Positions 13,270 to 29,978 of a stretch of DNA of 64,000 bases are shown here, one piece after another. This DNA comes from Chrysomallon squamiferum (Eukaryota > Animalia > Mollusca). The position numbers and the translations under genes are program-made. Numbering within the stretch: position 1 is the first letter of the stretch; each line of letters begins with the position of its first letter. The notes beneath the pieces were generated by a model. That model searched no databases. It was given only the letters and a program-made list of their open reading frames with translations, and was not told the DNA's origin. Where the stretch lies: the NCBI GenBank assembly GCA_012295275.1, contig CM022667.1:15314001-15378000 (forward strand), written 5' to 3'.

Positions 13270-15490
13270 AGAAAAGTACATTTATCTAATTCTTAGCGAA
13301 AACAATGCGATTTTCATATCTCTTTGCGCTCTTTGATTATTTTTTTTTTCTGGTTTCGTGTGTATTTTTCGACATTTTCTTGCAACACATTTTCATGCAT
13401 AACAATCGTTTTTTTGAGGAAATATTTTGTTTTACTGTTAGTAGCTTTTGTCTTATATTTTATTCTTTGCGTTATGAGAAAGGTGAAAGAAGAAGAAATC
13501 TAAGTGTGTAGGAAGTTATAGTTGTATTGTCTTGTCTGAAACAAATTTATTATTGACATAGAAATCTTACAGAGACTACAGCTAGTTTTAAGGACTTTTA
13601 AACGTTAGTGTTATGAAATTAGGAGAATGGTACAAAGGAGGCTGCTAGGGTGGCGAGAGAAGGACAAAGTGAAAGAGAGCGAGAGAAAGAAAAATAGAAA
13701 ACAAAGAAAACTAGACGAGAAGAGAAGAGAACAGAGACAAAAGAGAAGAAACAAATAAAATAAAATAAAATAAAGAAAAGAGGAAAAAGGAAAAGAATAT
13801 AAATAAATAAATAAAAGGAAAACAAAAAGAGTGAGTTTTTGTGGGCTAAAGCTGTGCTGTGTTAAATAAAATATGAACATTTGCTAACGTAGTAACATAT
13901 TATATCTGTTTCGGTTGTAAACAAGGTAAATGATTTACTTTTTTAGATTAATTTAATACCTTTGTTAATTTCTTTTTATTTATTGATTTATTTATTTTGA
14001 CAAAGTCAATAAATCGCATTTCAATTCGACAGTATAGATTATTATTATTTATTCACAATTGTATTTAATTGCAATGTAACAAAACGAGCTGAATTTATGA
14101 ATCAATTAAGTTTGAACAAAGAAACGAGACGATGTTTTGTTTGTAATATATCTGTATTAGAATAAATATATATATAAAGTCAGTCGTGGGAATTTTATAT
14201 AATATATATTATTCTCGTCTCCAAACAGAATCATTACAGCTATCACAAAAGAAAAGGAAAAAAAAAAAGAAAAGAAAAAACAACAGAGAAAGAAAAGCCC
14301 CCCTCCCACATGAAAATAAATTTTATTGAACACTCTAAAATTACAATATTATCATAAAGACATATATCATGGGTATATTATTAGAAAGATCACGTTAGCT
14401 TCCCTGAATTAAAAGTCCTAAAAGAAAAATGGAAAAAGAAAAAGAAAAGTTTACAAAACAAAATAAATTATTGTTCAAGGTTTTGTTACTAATGACTATG
14501 AACAGTGAGTCAGTGACGAAGAAACTTGAAATTAATTATTTTGGAATATTTTCTTTTTAAAGTTTTTGAACCAACCAAATTGTTGTATGAAATATTTTAT
14601 TTCATAATTTATAGCAAGCGTTTGTCTGTTTAAAATTGAAGCATTAACATATGAAAGGTGATATTACGATACTTTTAGTAGAATGACAGTTAATATATTT
14701 ACTGCATAACTGTTTCTATCTATGTATGTATATACGTATTCATAGACACAGACACGCACACACGCACCCATATGAAGCAGACAAGCAGACTTTAATTTAA
14801 TTATAAACAATGTTAAAATTATGATCCTCACAGAATTATGACAGTAACAATAATAACAACACCAACGATATCATCATTATCCTCTTGCCTGCTTATCAGT
14901 AATAAGTGTAATGAAAACATATATCAATAAGAAATCTACAGTTTCCAGTACCACAAAAGAATTATAAATTGCTGTAGGAACAATTACCGCATTCATTTAT
15001 TTCACTACAAAGGTTTGTTCTCTGAAATAATTAAGCAAAAAATCAAGGTAAAAATGATTTAATTGATTGAGGATATACAATAAAAACACTTGAATGCACT
15101 TGTCGTGTTATTTCTAAAGATGCAGTAATCTGTATCTAATACAACAACTGCATGAAGCTGTAAATAAAGGCAGTGTCGATCAAGGTTAAATAATTAAATA
15201 TCTACGCAACACACTGTTTTGTTTCAGTATCATAATGCACTGATGGTAGAGGGTCGTGCTAGTGTAAACGATTAAACCATTTTACTCTTTGATAAGATCC
15301 TGACTGACTTGTTAAATAAAGTATGAGCGATTTGTCTTTCAAATCTTTTGTAACATAGATTTATTCTTCAGACTTTTTAAACTTATATTTAATCTATAAT
15401 GATATATTTTTGTGGACATGACACAAACAATTTCATCGGATTGATTAATCTTATGAATTTTATATGTTATGACAATTATGCATCAATAAA
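13270..15490 (+). repeat. Diverged direct duplication of intergenic block 19390-21340
   Basis: Colinear shared segments such as agaaaagt(a/g)catttat, tacagctagtttta, cagtcgtg, ttctaaagatgcagtaatctgta and gggtcgtgctagtgtaa. Confidence 0.8.
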
Positions 15491-15785
15491 TCGAAGAAAA
15501 TAAATAAAATGTAGTGTATTTTTTTAGTCCTATCGATACTATGCGAATATTAACAAACAAACACATAAAGCACAGACGCACAACTGGTATTTACACACAA
15601 ACAAACACAACGTATAACCAACCCCATAGAAATACAGCTTGTTTTTATTTTGTCAGCTTACTTTAAGAAATATGGATGTATTTAACGGATCTTTCAGCAG
15701 TTAGTAAAATATTTTACTTCAGATTGCATTTTTTTTCATTTCACAAACGAGTTCTTATTAGAATCTCTCTATAAGAATAACTGTT

Positions 15786-18562
<2,777 letters not shown>

Positions 18563-19984
18563 CAGAAATTTGAACGAAGTTGAATTCTTTTAAGGCTCAT
18601 TTTCCCCAAAAACACTATTTTGAAAAAAAAAACCGGCTTAACTGTTTACATTTATGTGTGCTTACTTTGTTGGTAACACAAATACTGATATACAAGCAGA
18701 GAAAGGCTGTTTTGTAAATTTCGTCCAAACTTCATTTGAAGCTTAATATTATAGTGTACTGATTTCAATATAGATGAATGGTTTAATAAAATATTTATAT
18801 TTCCATGTATTTATTTTGTTATTTTGGGTGATTGAATGAGCCGTATGTAACCGTCATATTATAAAAATGTATATACGTACATATAAACATACACATACAC
18901 ATATACAGATCTATCTATCTATCTATCAGATCTATCTATTTATCTGTCTATCTATCTGTCTATCTATCAAAAGTGAACAATTTAACGAACTGGTTTGTTA
19001 ACATAGTCAAAATTATTTTCTTATTCTTTTTATCTTTTCTAATTTTGATTTTAATATCGATCAAATATAGGCAGATAATGAATTTATGACAGTTATAAAC
19101 ATTAAAAATCTTATTTTAAATATATTTCATCATCAGTAAATGTTATAAATATCAATAATGAACATTAATTTGTATGTGATCAACTGACTGGAATTCACTC
19201 TGACTTGCCGTAGAGTTCTAAAAGAGATCTTTCATCTTTAGCCATTTCGAATTTTCTATTATCATTATATTCACAGTAGAGTTTTTCCAGTATTCAGAAA
19301 TATTTAATAATGATGGTGCTGCTCTGTCAGTTCTTTATAAATTCTCTTGTATTTTCGGTATTACTGTTCTGGTACAAAAACAACGAAGAGAAAAGTGCAT
19401 TTATGTAATTCTAAGCAAAAACAACACGATTTTTCTCCCCGCTCTGTTTTCATATTTCACTGGGCTTTTGAGGATTTTTTGTTGTTGTTGTTTTTCTGGG
19501 TTTTTTTTTTTTTTTGTTTCGTTTGTATTTTTCGAAGTTTTCTTGCAACACGTCATTTATAACAATCGTTCTTTGAAGAAATATTTTCTTTTACTGTAAA
19601 TAACTGTTTTCTTAAAATATATTTCATGCTTTGCATCATCAGAAAGTTTAAAGAAGAAGAAATCTAAGTGTTTAGGATGTCATATTTGTATTGTCTGAAA
19701 CAAAGTTATTATTGACATAATAATGTTACAGAGAATACAGCTAGTTTTAAGCACTTTTAAACGTCAGATTTCATGTGAGGAGAATAACACAAAGGAGAAC
19801 AAGCTGAGTGGTGGGGGGAGAAGGAGGAAGAGAGAAAAGAGATAACAAAGAACACGAAGCGAAAGGAGAAGGGAACAAAGATAAAAGGAAAGAAGGTTAA
19901 ACTAGAATGGAAAGAGGAAAAAAGAAACAATAATAATAAGTAAAGTAATAAATACATTTCACTTTATTTTATATTACTTTTTAA

Positions 19985-20047
<63 letters not shown>

Positions 20048-21543
20048 TGATAAAGCTAAGAAATCACATTTTAATTTGATAATATAGATTATTAGTACTT
20101 ATTCAAAATTATATTTAACTGCAATGTAACAAAATTTGCTTAGTTTATGTTTAAACTAATTTTGAACACAGAAAGAAGACAGTGTTTTATTTGGCATATA
20201 TCTGTAATCGAATAAAACATAATTTAAAACAGTCGTGTGAATTGTATGTAATATTTGTTATTCTCGTCTCAAAACAAAATCATTAAAGCCTTCAGAAAAG
20301 ATATAAACCCCCACCCCACAAAAACACGGACATGAAAACATATTTGATTGAACTGCTTAAAATTACAATATTATCATTAGGTCATATGTCATGTCTGTAT
20401 TATTAGGAAAGACAATTTTGATTGTGCAAGTTAGCTTCCGTGAATTAATAATCAGAAGAAAAAAAATGACAAAAATGGATGAAGATTGTCGGAATTAATT
20501 ATTTTGGAATTTTTTCCTTTCAAAATGTTCTGTTTTGAACACACACACATATACAAAAAGCAAAAAAAGAAAAACAGAAAAAAAAAACACATATGAACAA
20601 GATAAGTTGACTTTAATTAAATTATAAATTACATTAAAATCAGTTCTCTGCATATGGTCTGTATTTCTTGACTGTCAATATTAAATACGTGTGTAGAGAT
20701 AAGAAGTCAAATACAAAATCATCTGGACCATAACTAAATACATGATCATCTGATATATGTGTATATGTGTATGTGACGAATCTATATTTTGCAGTACTGG
20801 AAAAGAACTAATAATTGCTATAGAAACAATTACTGTATTGATTTATTTCACTACAAAGGAATATTCTCTGATCGCATTAAACAAAACATCAAGGTAAAAA
20901 TGATTTCATTCGTTGATATATATTTAAAAAAAAAACTCATTGGCTTTTCTTCTTTGCATTGCCGTAATATTTCTAAAGATGCAGTAATCTGTAACAACTA
21001 CAATGGCCAAATCGAGCTGTCGATGAAGCTGAAATAGACGATTATCTGTGCAACAAACTCAGTTTTGTTTCAGTATATCATAATGTCCTGATGGTACAGG
21101 GTCGTGCTAGTGTAAGCAGTGTAAACACGATTAAACCATTTGACTCTTTGAAAAGATCTTGCCTGACGTGTTAATCAAAGCATGAGCGATAATTTTTCAC
21201 ATCTTTTGTAACTTAGATTTATTCTTCAGATTTCTTAAAATTATTTTTAATATATATGACACGACATCAACCGAAGAGTTTCCCAGAACTGATTAATCTT
21301 ATGAATTTTATATTTTGTGACAGATAATGTATTAGTAATTCGACATCAACAACAAACAGTAAGTTTAAAATAAATAATAGAATGATAACGAAAACTAAAA
21401 AGTTCAGATAATAATTTTATTTTAATAATTTAAAAAATAGCTCTGTTCTTCTAAGACTTTATCAGTTTTAACCCGCTGATGGCTGTGATGTTGTTTCTAA
21501 GTCTGCAATATCTGAAAAATATACAACACGCATGTTTTACATA

Positions 21544-21555
21544 TCTATCTCTCTG

Positions 21556-21648
<93 letters not shown>

Positions 21649-21655
21649 CTATCTA
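21544..21655. repeat. (ATCT)n microsatellite
   Basis: Directly visible. Confidence 0.95.
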
Positions 21656-22521
21656 TACACATGTCTATTTGTTGTATGTGTGTGCGTGTGTGAGAGATAT
21701 ATTTCTTGTATAAACTATTAATACACATTTTTATCATCATTTGGATTCTATCTGCTTTCACAAAGGAATTAAATATATATTTTTGCCTTTGTTGCGAAAC
21801 CTTGTGACACTAACTGTAAAACGAAATGTACGTTAAGGACAATAATTCTTCCTGTTCTATACCAAGATTCTTTCCGGATTTAAAACTGTGGATTGAAAAC
21901 TGTGGATTGAACACTGTAGACTTATAAACTTGAAATTAATTTTATGAAATACTAAAACCCACATTTCTCTATGTTTTTGTTTTCCTTCGATTCTTTCTCT
22001 TGTTCTTCTTCAAATTCTTTCTTCCATTGATTTTCTTCCTTTTTCACTTCCATGTCAAGTTGTTTTCCTATAGAATCGATATAGATTTTTGTAATATTCA
22101 GATGATGGATACTTACAGAACACCGTATCAGTTGTTTAATTCATTAGAACGTTTCACTATAGACTTTAATTTAGATTATGAAGAGAGATATGTTAATCAA
22201 CATTTCTAAAAATAATATCTAAAAATATTAAATATTTGCAATGCGAAAAATATAAGATATATTAAACTGAATTTGTTTATCATCAGTGTAGAATCTCATG
22301 GTACTTTTGCACTGATATTATTAAAATATATAATTATATCTGTGTTCTTTAACACAAGTCACTATTTTTAAAATGTTATCTATGTTTCAGTCGAATGCAA
22401 ATTTCAGTTATCTGTTGGAATATGGTTTATACTCTACTGTTGGGAATTATAAAGAAAAATATCAAAGTTGAATACTTTTTGAGATTCTATTCACAATATC
22501 AACCTTTTCTGACTTGTTATA

Positions 22522-23076
22522 TTATTTTAAATTAAGAACGTTTAACAAACCTTTACCCATTTCTTTGTATTCCTTATTTTCTTCTTTTTCTTCAGTTTTC
22601 ATTTCACTCTTCACTTTAGTTAGTGTCTCAGTTTCTGTATCTGCCGCATCACTTGTGTCTTTATTGCTACTTCTCTTTGCAATAACTAAATTAGAATCAT
22701 CGTCTAAGCCTAATCCGGTATCAGACAGACTGTTATCTCCTAAACCTAGACCATTATCAGATAGACCATCTTCTCCTAAACCTAGACTATCATGAGACAG
22801 ACCATCATCTCCAAAACCTAGACCATTATCCGATAGGCCGTCATCTCCTAAACCTAGACCAGTATCAGAAATACCATTATCAGAAAAACCATCATCTTTT
22901 AAATCTTGACCAATATCAGATAGACCATCACCTACCAAACCAAACCCGAAACCATCAATAGATAGGCTTTCTAAATCTATAGCGTCATCTTGTAAATCCC
23001 AACCATCGTCTCTGGTAATTCTGTATGTGAAGGCAGATGTCGAGAAAATAATCAAAACAGCAATCAGTGATAGCAT
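22522..23076 (-). CDS. H1: secreted acidic Gly/Leu/Asp-repeat protein, 184 aa, single coding exon
   Basis: Acceptor ttcag directly precedes the ATG. Signal peptide MLSLIAVLIIFSTSAFT, then YRITRDDG. It has 12-aa repeats of the GLGLGDDGLSDN type, a KR site and a Glu/Lys/Thr-rich tail. Confidence 0.85.
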   Translation of the reverse strand: MLSLIAVLIIFSTSAFTYRITRDDGWDLQDDAIDLESLSIDGFGFGLVGDGLSDIGQDLKDDGFSDNGISDTGLGLGDDGLSDNGLGFGDDGLSHDSLGLGEDGLSDNGLGLGDNSLSDTGLGLDDDSNLVIAKRSSNKDTSDAADTETETLTKVKSEMKTEEKEENKEYKEMGKGLLNVLNLK

Positions 23077-23726
23077 CTGAAAGATAATTATAATTAATAT
23101 TGTATATATCCCTCTGGTCTCTGCCTGTTTGTCTCTCTAAATCAAAAAATGTTCATCAGAATCAATGGCAGTTTGTTATGGCTCCTAGTACTGTATTTAC
23201 TATTACTGCTGCTGCTGCTACTACTACTACTACTATACTACAGCAACAACTACTACATCAACTACTACTATTACTATTACTACAACTACTTCAACTGTTA
23301 GTATTACTGTTACTACTTCTGCTACTGCGATAGCCATTAATACTGATACTGCTGCTAATACTATTATAATAATTGACTGATATGTGTCCACTAATAATAA
23401 TAGTAATAATTGTAAGTATGATGATGGTGATGATGTTGATTATGTTGTTAATAATAATAATCAAGGATAACTACAACAATAACAACGGCAATGAAAATGT
23501 ATATTCATGTATATAATTAGCATTCACCGCTAACTTTAAAACAATTATAATTATGACATAAAATGGATTGCTTTAAAAAAAAAAATAAATAAATAAAATA
23601 CTACTACTATACTACTACTACTACTACTACTACTAATAATAATAATAATAATAATACTAATACTATTACTACTACTACTAATAATAATAAAATAGCCCCT
23701 TCAGAATAGAGTATATAAATATTCAC

Positions 23727-23787
23727 CTTGGCACTTTACTGGCTGTGACATTTATAAAGTCAAGGTCAAAATCTACGTCCTTTTATA
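23727..23787 (-). promoter_or_regulatory. Putative TATA box (23787-23781) and short non-coding exon 1 of H1 ending at 23727
   Basis: Minus strand has TATAAAAG, then CCAAG|gtgaat ~60 nt downstream; the layout is the same as in G1. Confidence 0.55.
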
Positions 23788-23956
23788 GTAAAGTGATATT
23801 AAAACAGATGTTGTTGTTATGTAACACAAGAAAAAATAATATGGCCAGGTGTTGTTACAAATATTTCGTATTCATATTCTATTTTGTTCCCCATGTTATG
23901 CTAATTGATTTTGCTGTTGTATTCTTGGTTGTCAGATAATTTATGTGTTTGGTGTG

Positions 23957-24075
<119 letters not shown>

Positions 24076-24219
24076 GCTTCATTAATTAAACAACACAATT
24101 TAAAGAGCGAAATAAAAATATTCTCAGTCAACACTCACTGTTCAATTAATCATTAATATCATCATCATCATCATCATCAGTTTCTACATCAGAAAATATC
24201 ATAACAACGACAAGAACAC

Positions 24220-24696
24220 AAATTAAAGCCAGTACAATTAAAGAAAAATACTGTTTTAAAATCTAAGATTAACGAGCAAAATAAAACACATGTCGTCGAA
24301 GTCAATTGGCATGTAGTTTTTCTCTTAACAGTGATCACTCACAGCTAATTTAATCAGATGATAAAACAAAACGTGACGCCGTAGAAATAACAAGAGATTC
24401 AGCCATGTGTATCATTGCGGTCAAACCATTCTATAGTTACGTTTCGTTAACAAAAGAGAGAAGAATCTCTTCATTATGCGGCAACCATAATTTATTTATA
24501 GTCTATAAATACCTATTGTTGTATACAAAATACGTTAATATTATGTGGTTATTTTATTTTATGCAGATAAGTGCGAGATCGGTCGGTAATTAAATGGTGA
24601 CGTCTGAAAGTTGGTCACATCTGGTTTTAAAGTATATAAGATCGCGATAGACAGCCAGAATGCATCAAACCTTTTTTAAAGCTTTGACCAGATAAG
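24220..24696 (+). promoter_or_regulatory. G1 promoter block with TATA box (24633-24639) and non-coding exon 1 ending at 24696
   Basis: TATATAA, then a consensus donor AAG|gtgagt at 24696/24697. Also CRE-like TGACGTCT (24598) and AGATAA (24565). The block is almost identical to the reverse complement of ~61531-62005. Confidence 0.7.
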
Positions 24697-25154
24697 GTGA
24701 GTAACGTTCGCAATGTTTAAAAATATTTAACTTGTAAAAATGAAAATAGGTACTGTCTTTCAATAGTAGTAGTAGTAGCAGATGTTTTACGAAATGCATA
24801 GTAAATTATAATTCAGGATTTATAGAACATTTAGGCAATCAATAGAGAAAAAAAGTAGTTTAAATTGTAGAAATATTTGATAAACATTCTATATTTTCTG
24901 CATGTTAAAAATTATATCAGAACAAGAAATCATGTGTCAAAACATTGGAGATTTTTAGACAGATCGGCGGGAACTATGAGTGCCAGATAAAAATGTGGAA
25001 TAGATGTGCGTATACAATATATATCTACGTCGTTGCTGCTAACGCAGTATATATAATTATTCTTGGACAATAAAGGATGGTAAACACGATTAGAAATTAT
25101 TGTTGTTGTTGTTCTGATTATTATTATTATTATTATTATTATTATTTCTTTCAG

Positions 25155-26459
25155 ATGAATTCTTTTATTTTAATTTTGAGTGTTCTTCTGGCTACAGCTC
25201 TGAGTTACAGAATTACTGTTGAAGATGATGGTAAGTAATTTACTTTATATTACAATAAGCAATAGAAGGAAAAATAAAGATGAATTTAATATTACCGTTT
25301 AAATAATTAAATAAACTAAACTATATATAAGTTAATATATATAAAACATTAAACTTAACTTCCTTCAACTATTGACAAATGTCACTAAGTTATTACTATT
25401 GTCTTCTCTCCAGATGGTAAAAATAGCTTAGGCTCGGACAAAATCGCTGATCTTGTAGCCCTGCTGACTAGTGATAAAGATCTGGACGATGCCTCTATCG
25501 GACTGGGAGATGATGGACTCTCTGGTATGGGACTGGGACTAGGAGGAGGTGATGAACTCTCTGGCTTGGGATTGGGATTAGGAGGAGGTGATGAACTCTC
25601 TGGTATGGGACTGGGACTAGGAGGAGGTGATGAACTCACTGGCTTGGGATTGGGATTGGGATTAGGAGGAGGTGATGAACTGTCTGGCTTGGGATTGGGA
25701 TTAGGAGGAGGTGATGAACTCTCTGGTATGGGATTGGGATTAGGAGGAGATGGACTCTCAGGTATCGGTTTGGGATTAGGAGGAGGTGATGGACTATCAG
25801 GTGTCGGTTTGGGATTAGAAGGAGGTGATGGACTATCAGGCATGGGACTAGGAGGAGGTGATGGACTATCTGGTATGGGATTGGGATTAGGAGGAGGTGA
25901 TGGACTATCAGGCATGGGACTAGGAGGAGGAGATGGACTATCAGGTATGGGATTAGAAGGAGGTGATGGACTATCAGGTATGGGATTAGGAGGAGATGAT
26001 GGACTATCAGGTATGGGATTGGGATTAGGTGGAGATAATGGATTATCAGGTATGGGATTAGGAGGAGGGATGGACTATCTGGCTCAGGGATTAGGAGGTG
26101 GTGAAGGACAATCTAGTATGGGATTAGGTGATGTGTCAGGTCTGCTCAGAGAAATCGCAGACCTCCTCCTCAAAGACAAACAAACTGACGAAGCTGATGC
26201 TTTGAACAAAGCCGCTGACGTCATCGACAAAATGGAAAAAGATATCAAAGAGAAAATGGCAGAGGAAGAGAAAAAGGCGGAAGATGAGATAACGAAGGAG
26301 TTGGAAAAGGAATCTAACAAGGAAGAGAAGGAAGAGAAAGATATGGAGTCTGAACTGGCTGCTGAAGATAAACAAGAATCCAGCGAAGAGAAAGAAGCGG
26401 AAAATGAAATGAACACTGAACTTGACGAGGAAACAAAGAAAGAGACAGAAACCGAATAG
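25155..26459 (+). CDS. G1: secreted acidic Gly-Leu repeat protein with charged helical tail, 373 aa; coding exons 25155-25230 and 25414-26459
   Basis: tcag|ATG gives MNSFILILSVLLATALSYRITVEDD, then G|gtaagt and ccag|ATGGT; the phase-1 join is in frame with the GLGLGGGD(E/G)LSG(M/L) ORF. A 3'-UTR intron spans 26473-26931 and AATAAA is at 27085. Confidence 0.88.
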
Positions 26460-26931
26460 GAACTAACTAAAGGTATGTTTTCTTATCCCTCTTGAAACCA
26501 CTTAAATAGAGAAATTTAGACGAACAAATTAAAGCATTATTAAATACATGATAGTAATGTTCTAAATCGAGAAAATAAATGATTATTGGTCATCAGTAAA
26601 TTTGCACGCAGATAGAAATCTACAGATATAGAGACACACATGTATGAACGAATGCATGCATACTAATATGTGTAAATACCAACATATATGTACATACCTG
26701 CACATTCACACATACGTATACACAGGTTAATAGATACAAATGCAGACACATATATACACACGCAGATTTACAGACACATAAACGAATTTAGATACTTATT
26801 TACATATATGCATGAAGTCTGTATTTATAATGATTATGCTGCTATTGTTATTTCTATAACTCAGTGACTGTAACCATAATTTGTTTCCAAAATATTGTTA
26901 CTTTATTTATCCATTTTTTTATTTAATACAG

Positions 26932-27090
26932 GGACGGATCAGCTTGATACAAACTCGGCTGAGTGAAGATTTGAACACAGAACTGTGATTACGTCTAACG
27001 ATAAAGGACTATACTGATGACTCTGAATAGACAAAGCGTACACCGAAATAATTTTAGCTTTGTTTAGACTTTTGAACTATTCTGAATAAA
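26932..27090 (+). other. Non-coding terminal exon of G1 with polyadenylation signal
   Basis: Donor AAAG|gtatgt 13 nt after the stop, acceptor atacag|GGACGG, and AATAAA at 27085-27090. The same layout is conserved in G2 (59172-59015). Confidence 0.65.
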
Positions 27091-28409
27091 AATTATTTAA
27101 ACTTAGTTTATGCTTTCATTTTCATTATTCTTAACATTATTCTAAATCGCTCTCTGAGTGACATGGAGCGATTAGTTGGTATACTTAAAAAAAATCATTG
27201 GTTGAATTTGTCAGAAAGAGAAAACTATTTTAGATAATTATTTAGTTTTCTCAGAACTATGCTACTTGTTAGTAGGTTCAAAGAGTATTTTTCGTTGCTG
27301 GTTCTTTACAAACAATGCGAAAATAAGATACTGAAGGAATAAATGGTAACATTTTTCATGACTTTTGAAACAGCATAATACCAAAACAGAACCAGTCAGA
27401 ACGACCGATTATGTGTCATTTATTAGCAAAGCCAGCAACTAATGGAATTTTTTGTATTTGCTTCCAAATACAGTTATTAAAGGATCCATGAACTGATGTT
27501 ACGGCGCAGAGACGTGTATAATGTGAGATCTGCTTTTCACGGAATTTCCTCAGTGATAAACCGGCGTGTTTTATTTCTATATCAAGAGATTGTCATCAGC
27601 CAGTCTAAGTACACAGACGTCAAATGTAACGGTAAGACACGTTCTAACAAGAAAATGCAGCTGAAAATTTCAGGATATACAGGTTAATACTTTGAAACCT
27701 TGTTCTCATCGAGTTTCCTCAGGAAAATATTCCATGATAAAACTGCGATATCTGATGTTTTTGCAGATTTTCAGCGAACTGAACATTGCAAAGAATTCCA
27801 TAAAAAAGATGCTGAAAATTCCTTTTTACAGATTTTCTTAACAGAGCTCACGGCACTAATAATTCGAGATTTATGATTTGAAATCTGATTCTTAAGTAAT
27901 TTCGTCAAATTTTTTTTTATACAAACAATCATATATTAACACTTTAAAATAACTGAGTTCAAAAACGAAGCTACAGAACATGTAAATTTTCTCACTAGTT
28001 TTCAGAAACTTATTATCATTGTACGTATTATGTGTTACTATTGTCGTAATAAATGTTAGCAAATAGCTGATATTTAGTTTCGATCGTGGTATATGCTTTT
28101 TTCTTATTTGTTTGTTTGTTTATTTATTTATTTATTTATTTATATATTTATTTATTCTTTCAATTAAATAACGTCTTCACTTAGGATTGGTAGCAGTCGG
28201 CCAAAATTCTGATTATGAAATGAGACTTTTGTTAGCTATGACGATTACTAAGCGAACTGTCTGTCCGGTGCAAGAAAAGTTTTCGAGAGCAAATTTGCTG
28301 TCTGGTACAAGATAGCATTATGAAAAAAGACGATAAGAAAATACGATTTCATGATCATTTCATTTCATGATCAAAACGTTTTCTTTAAAAGGTATTTATT
28401 TTATACAAA

Positions 28410-28460
<51 letters not shown>

Positions 28461-29978
28461 TAATAATAATAATACAAAATAATAATAACATTAAAAAAAA
28501 AAAAATAAAAAACAGACACGAACAAATTTAAAAGTACTTAACTTTCAGATTCAGAAACTCAATAAGGTTGACAAACAGAGATCGATTAGCTACAACTCAA
28601 AATAGCCCCAGAAAACACTGTTCACAGCTATATGTAACAAATATTCTGATACTTGGATTATATCTATCATACATTATTTTGGTTATTTTTATTATTACAT
28701 AATTACTAATTTTACTGTATAGAAATCTAAGCTCTCTAAATGGTACCCGCCCATTCTCGACACCGTTAGTTCAGGATTTACTTTTACAAACAACAAAATG
28801 TAAATATAACACATATATAAGATACAGACATTTTATAAAAATATTTTTCTTCTGTATTTTATGCTCTTGAAAATAATAAAAACAGAAGCAACAGAAATCA
28901 ATTGATGTAAAAGTCTGGTAAAAGAGCAAACAGTAAGTGTGTGTGTGCGTATGTGTGTGTGTGTGTGAGTGTGTGTGTGTGTGTCATGTGGGTGTGGGTA
29001 TGTATATATACTGCTTATGAATCGTTTAATAATTATAGGCTTAATAAGTTTCTAACTTATTTGTTCCAAAAATATAATAATAGTAGAAAGAAACAATAAA
29101 ATAAAATAAAGCAACCAGCCAACAACAACAACAACAACAAAAAAAGTTTTAATTATAAACGCAAATGAATTAACTTTTTTTTTATGTATTATCTTATGTT
29201 ACTGTCGATTTAAGTTTTGAAACAAATGCAAATTTTAGCTATTTTTCGCGATCTTTCTTCTGTCTATTTTTACAGTAAAACTAACTATTTTGTATTTATT
29301 TAAATTAATAAATATAGTTTTTACCAGAATGGATGTAAAAATGGAATGAATGCATATTAAACAACTTTCACTTTTTCCGCCGTTACGTTATGATGTTGTT
29401 TTCTTGTATGACTCGTTTAACGCATGTCTTTTTCTACGTTAATGTCTTTTAAAAAATGTTTTCTCGTTTAACGTCGAGTTAATGGTGTTTTATAATACTT
29501 TTGCTTTTTGGTAATTTTATGCTTCTTGTGGCAAATGGGACTTAATAACGTTTTATTTGAGCTTATTTAATTATTCAAAAAATCAATGAAACGTTTTGAA
29601 ACGTTTCCTATAATGTACTGTTAGTTTTCACAAAAGTCAATTAGCGGTTAATTAAATATGGTGTTTATTTTCTTGTAAGTAGGAGTGAGAAAATGTTTTA
29701 GGAGTTTTCATTTGAAGAAGACAGAAACTCAATTGTGAAATCATTTGATGAACAGCAGAGATGACCAAGTTACACATATTTTTAATTCTTGTGTACAACA
29801 ATATTTCTCAGAACATACGCAAATGCCGAAGAGAGAAGACAAGTTGAATCTTTCAATATCGATATCAAATTCAAATCGTAAAAATCGACCTCGAATTCGA
29901 AATATTTCAGCTGATCTCTATAAAAAAAATATTTTAACATTTTATCTTTGTAACATCGATTAACCGTTATCGCTGAAA

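Noticed and set aside
22522-23076. H1 as a neuropeptide precursor
   Set aside because: It has only one dibasic site, and the repeats are not flanked by cleavage or amidation signals.
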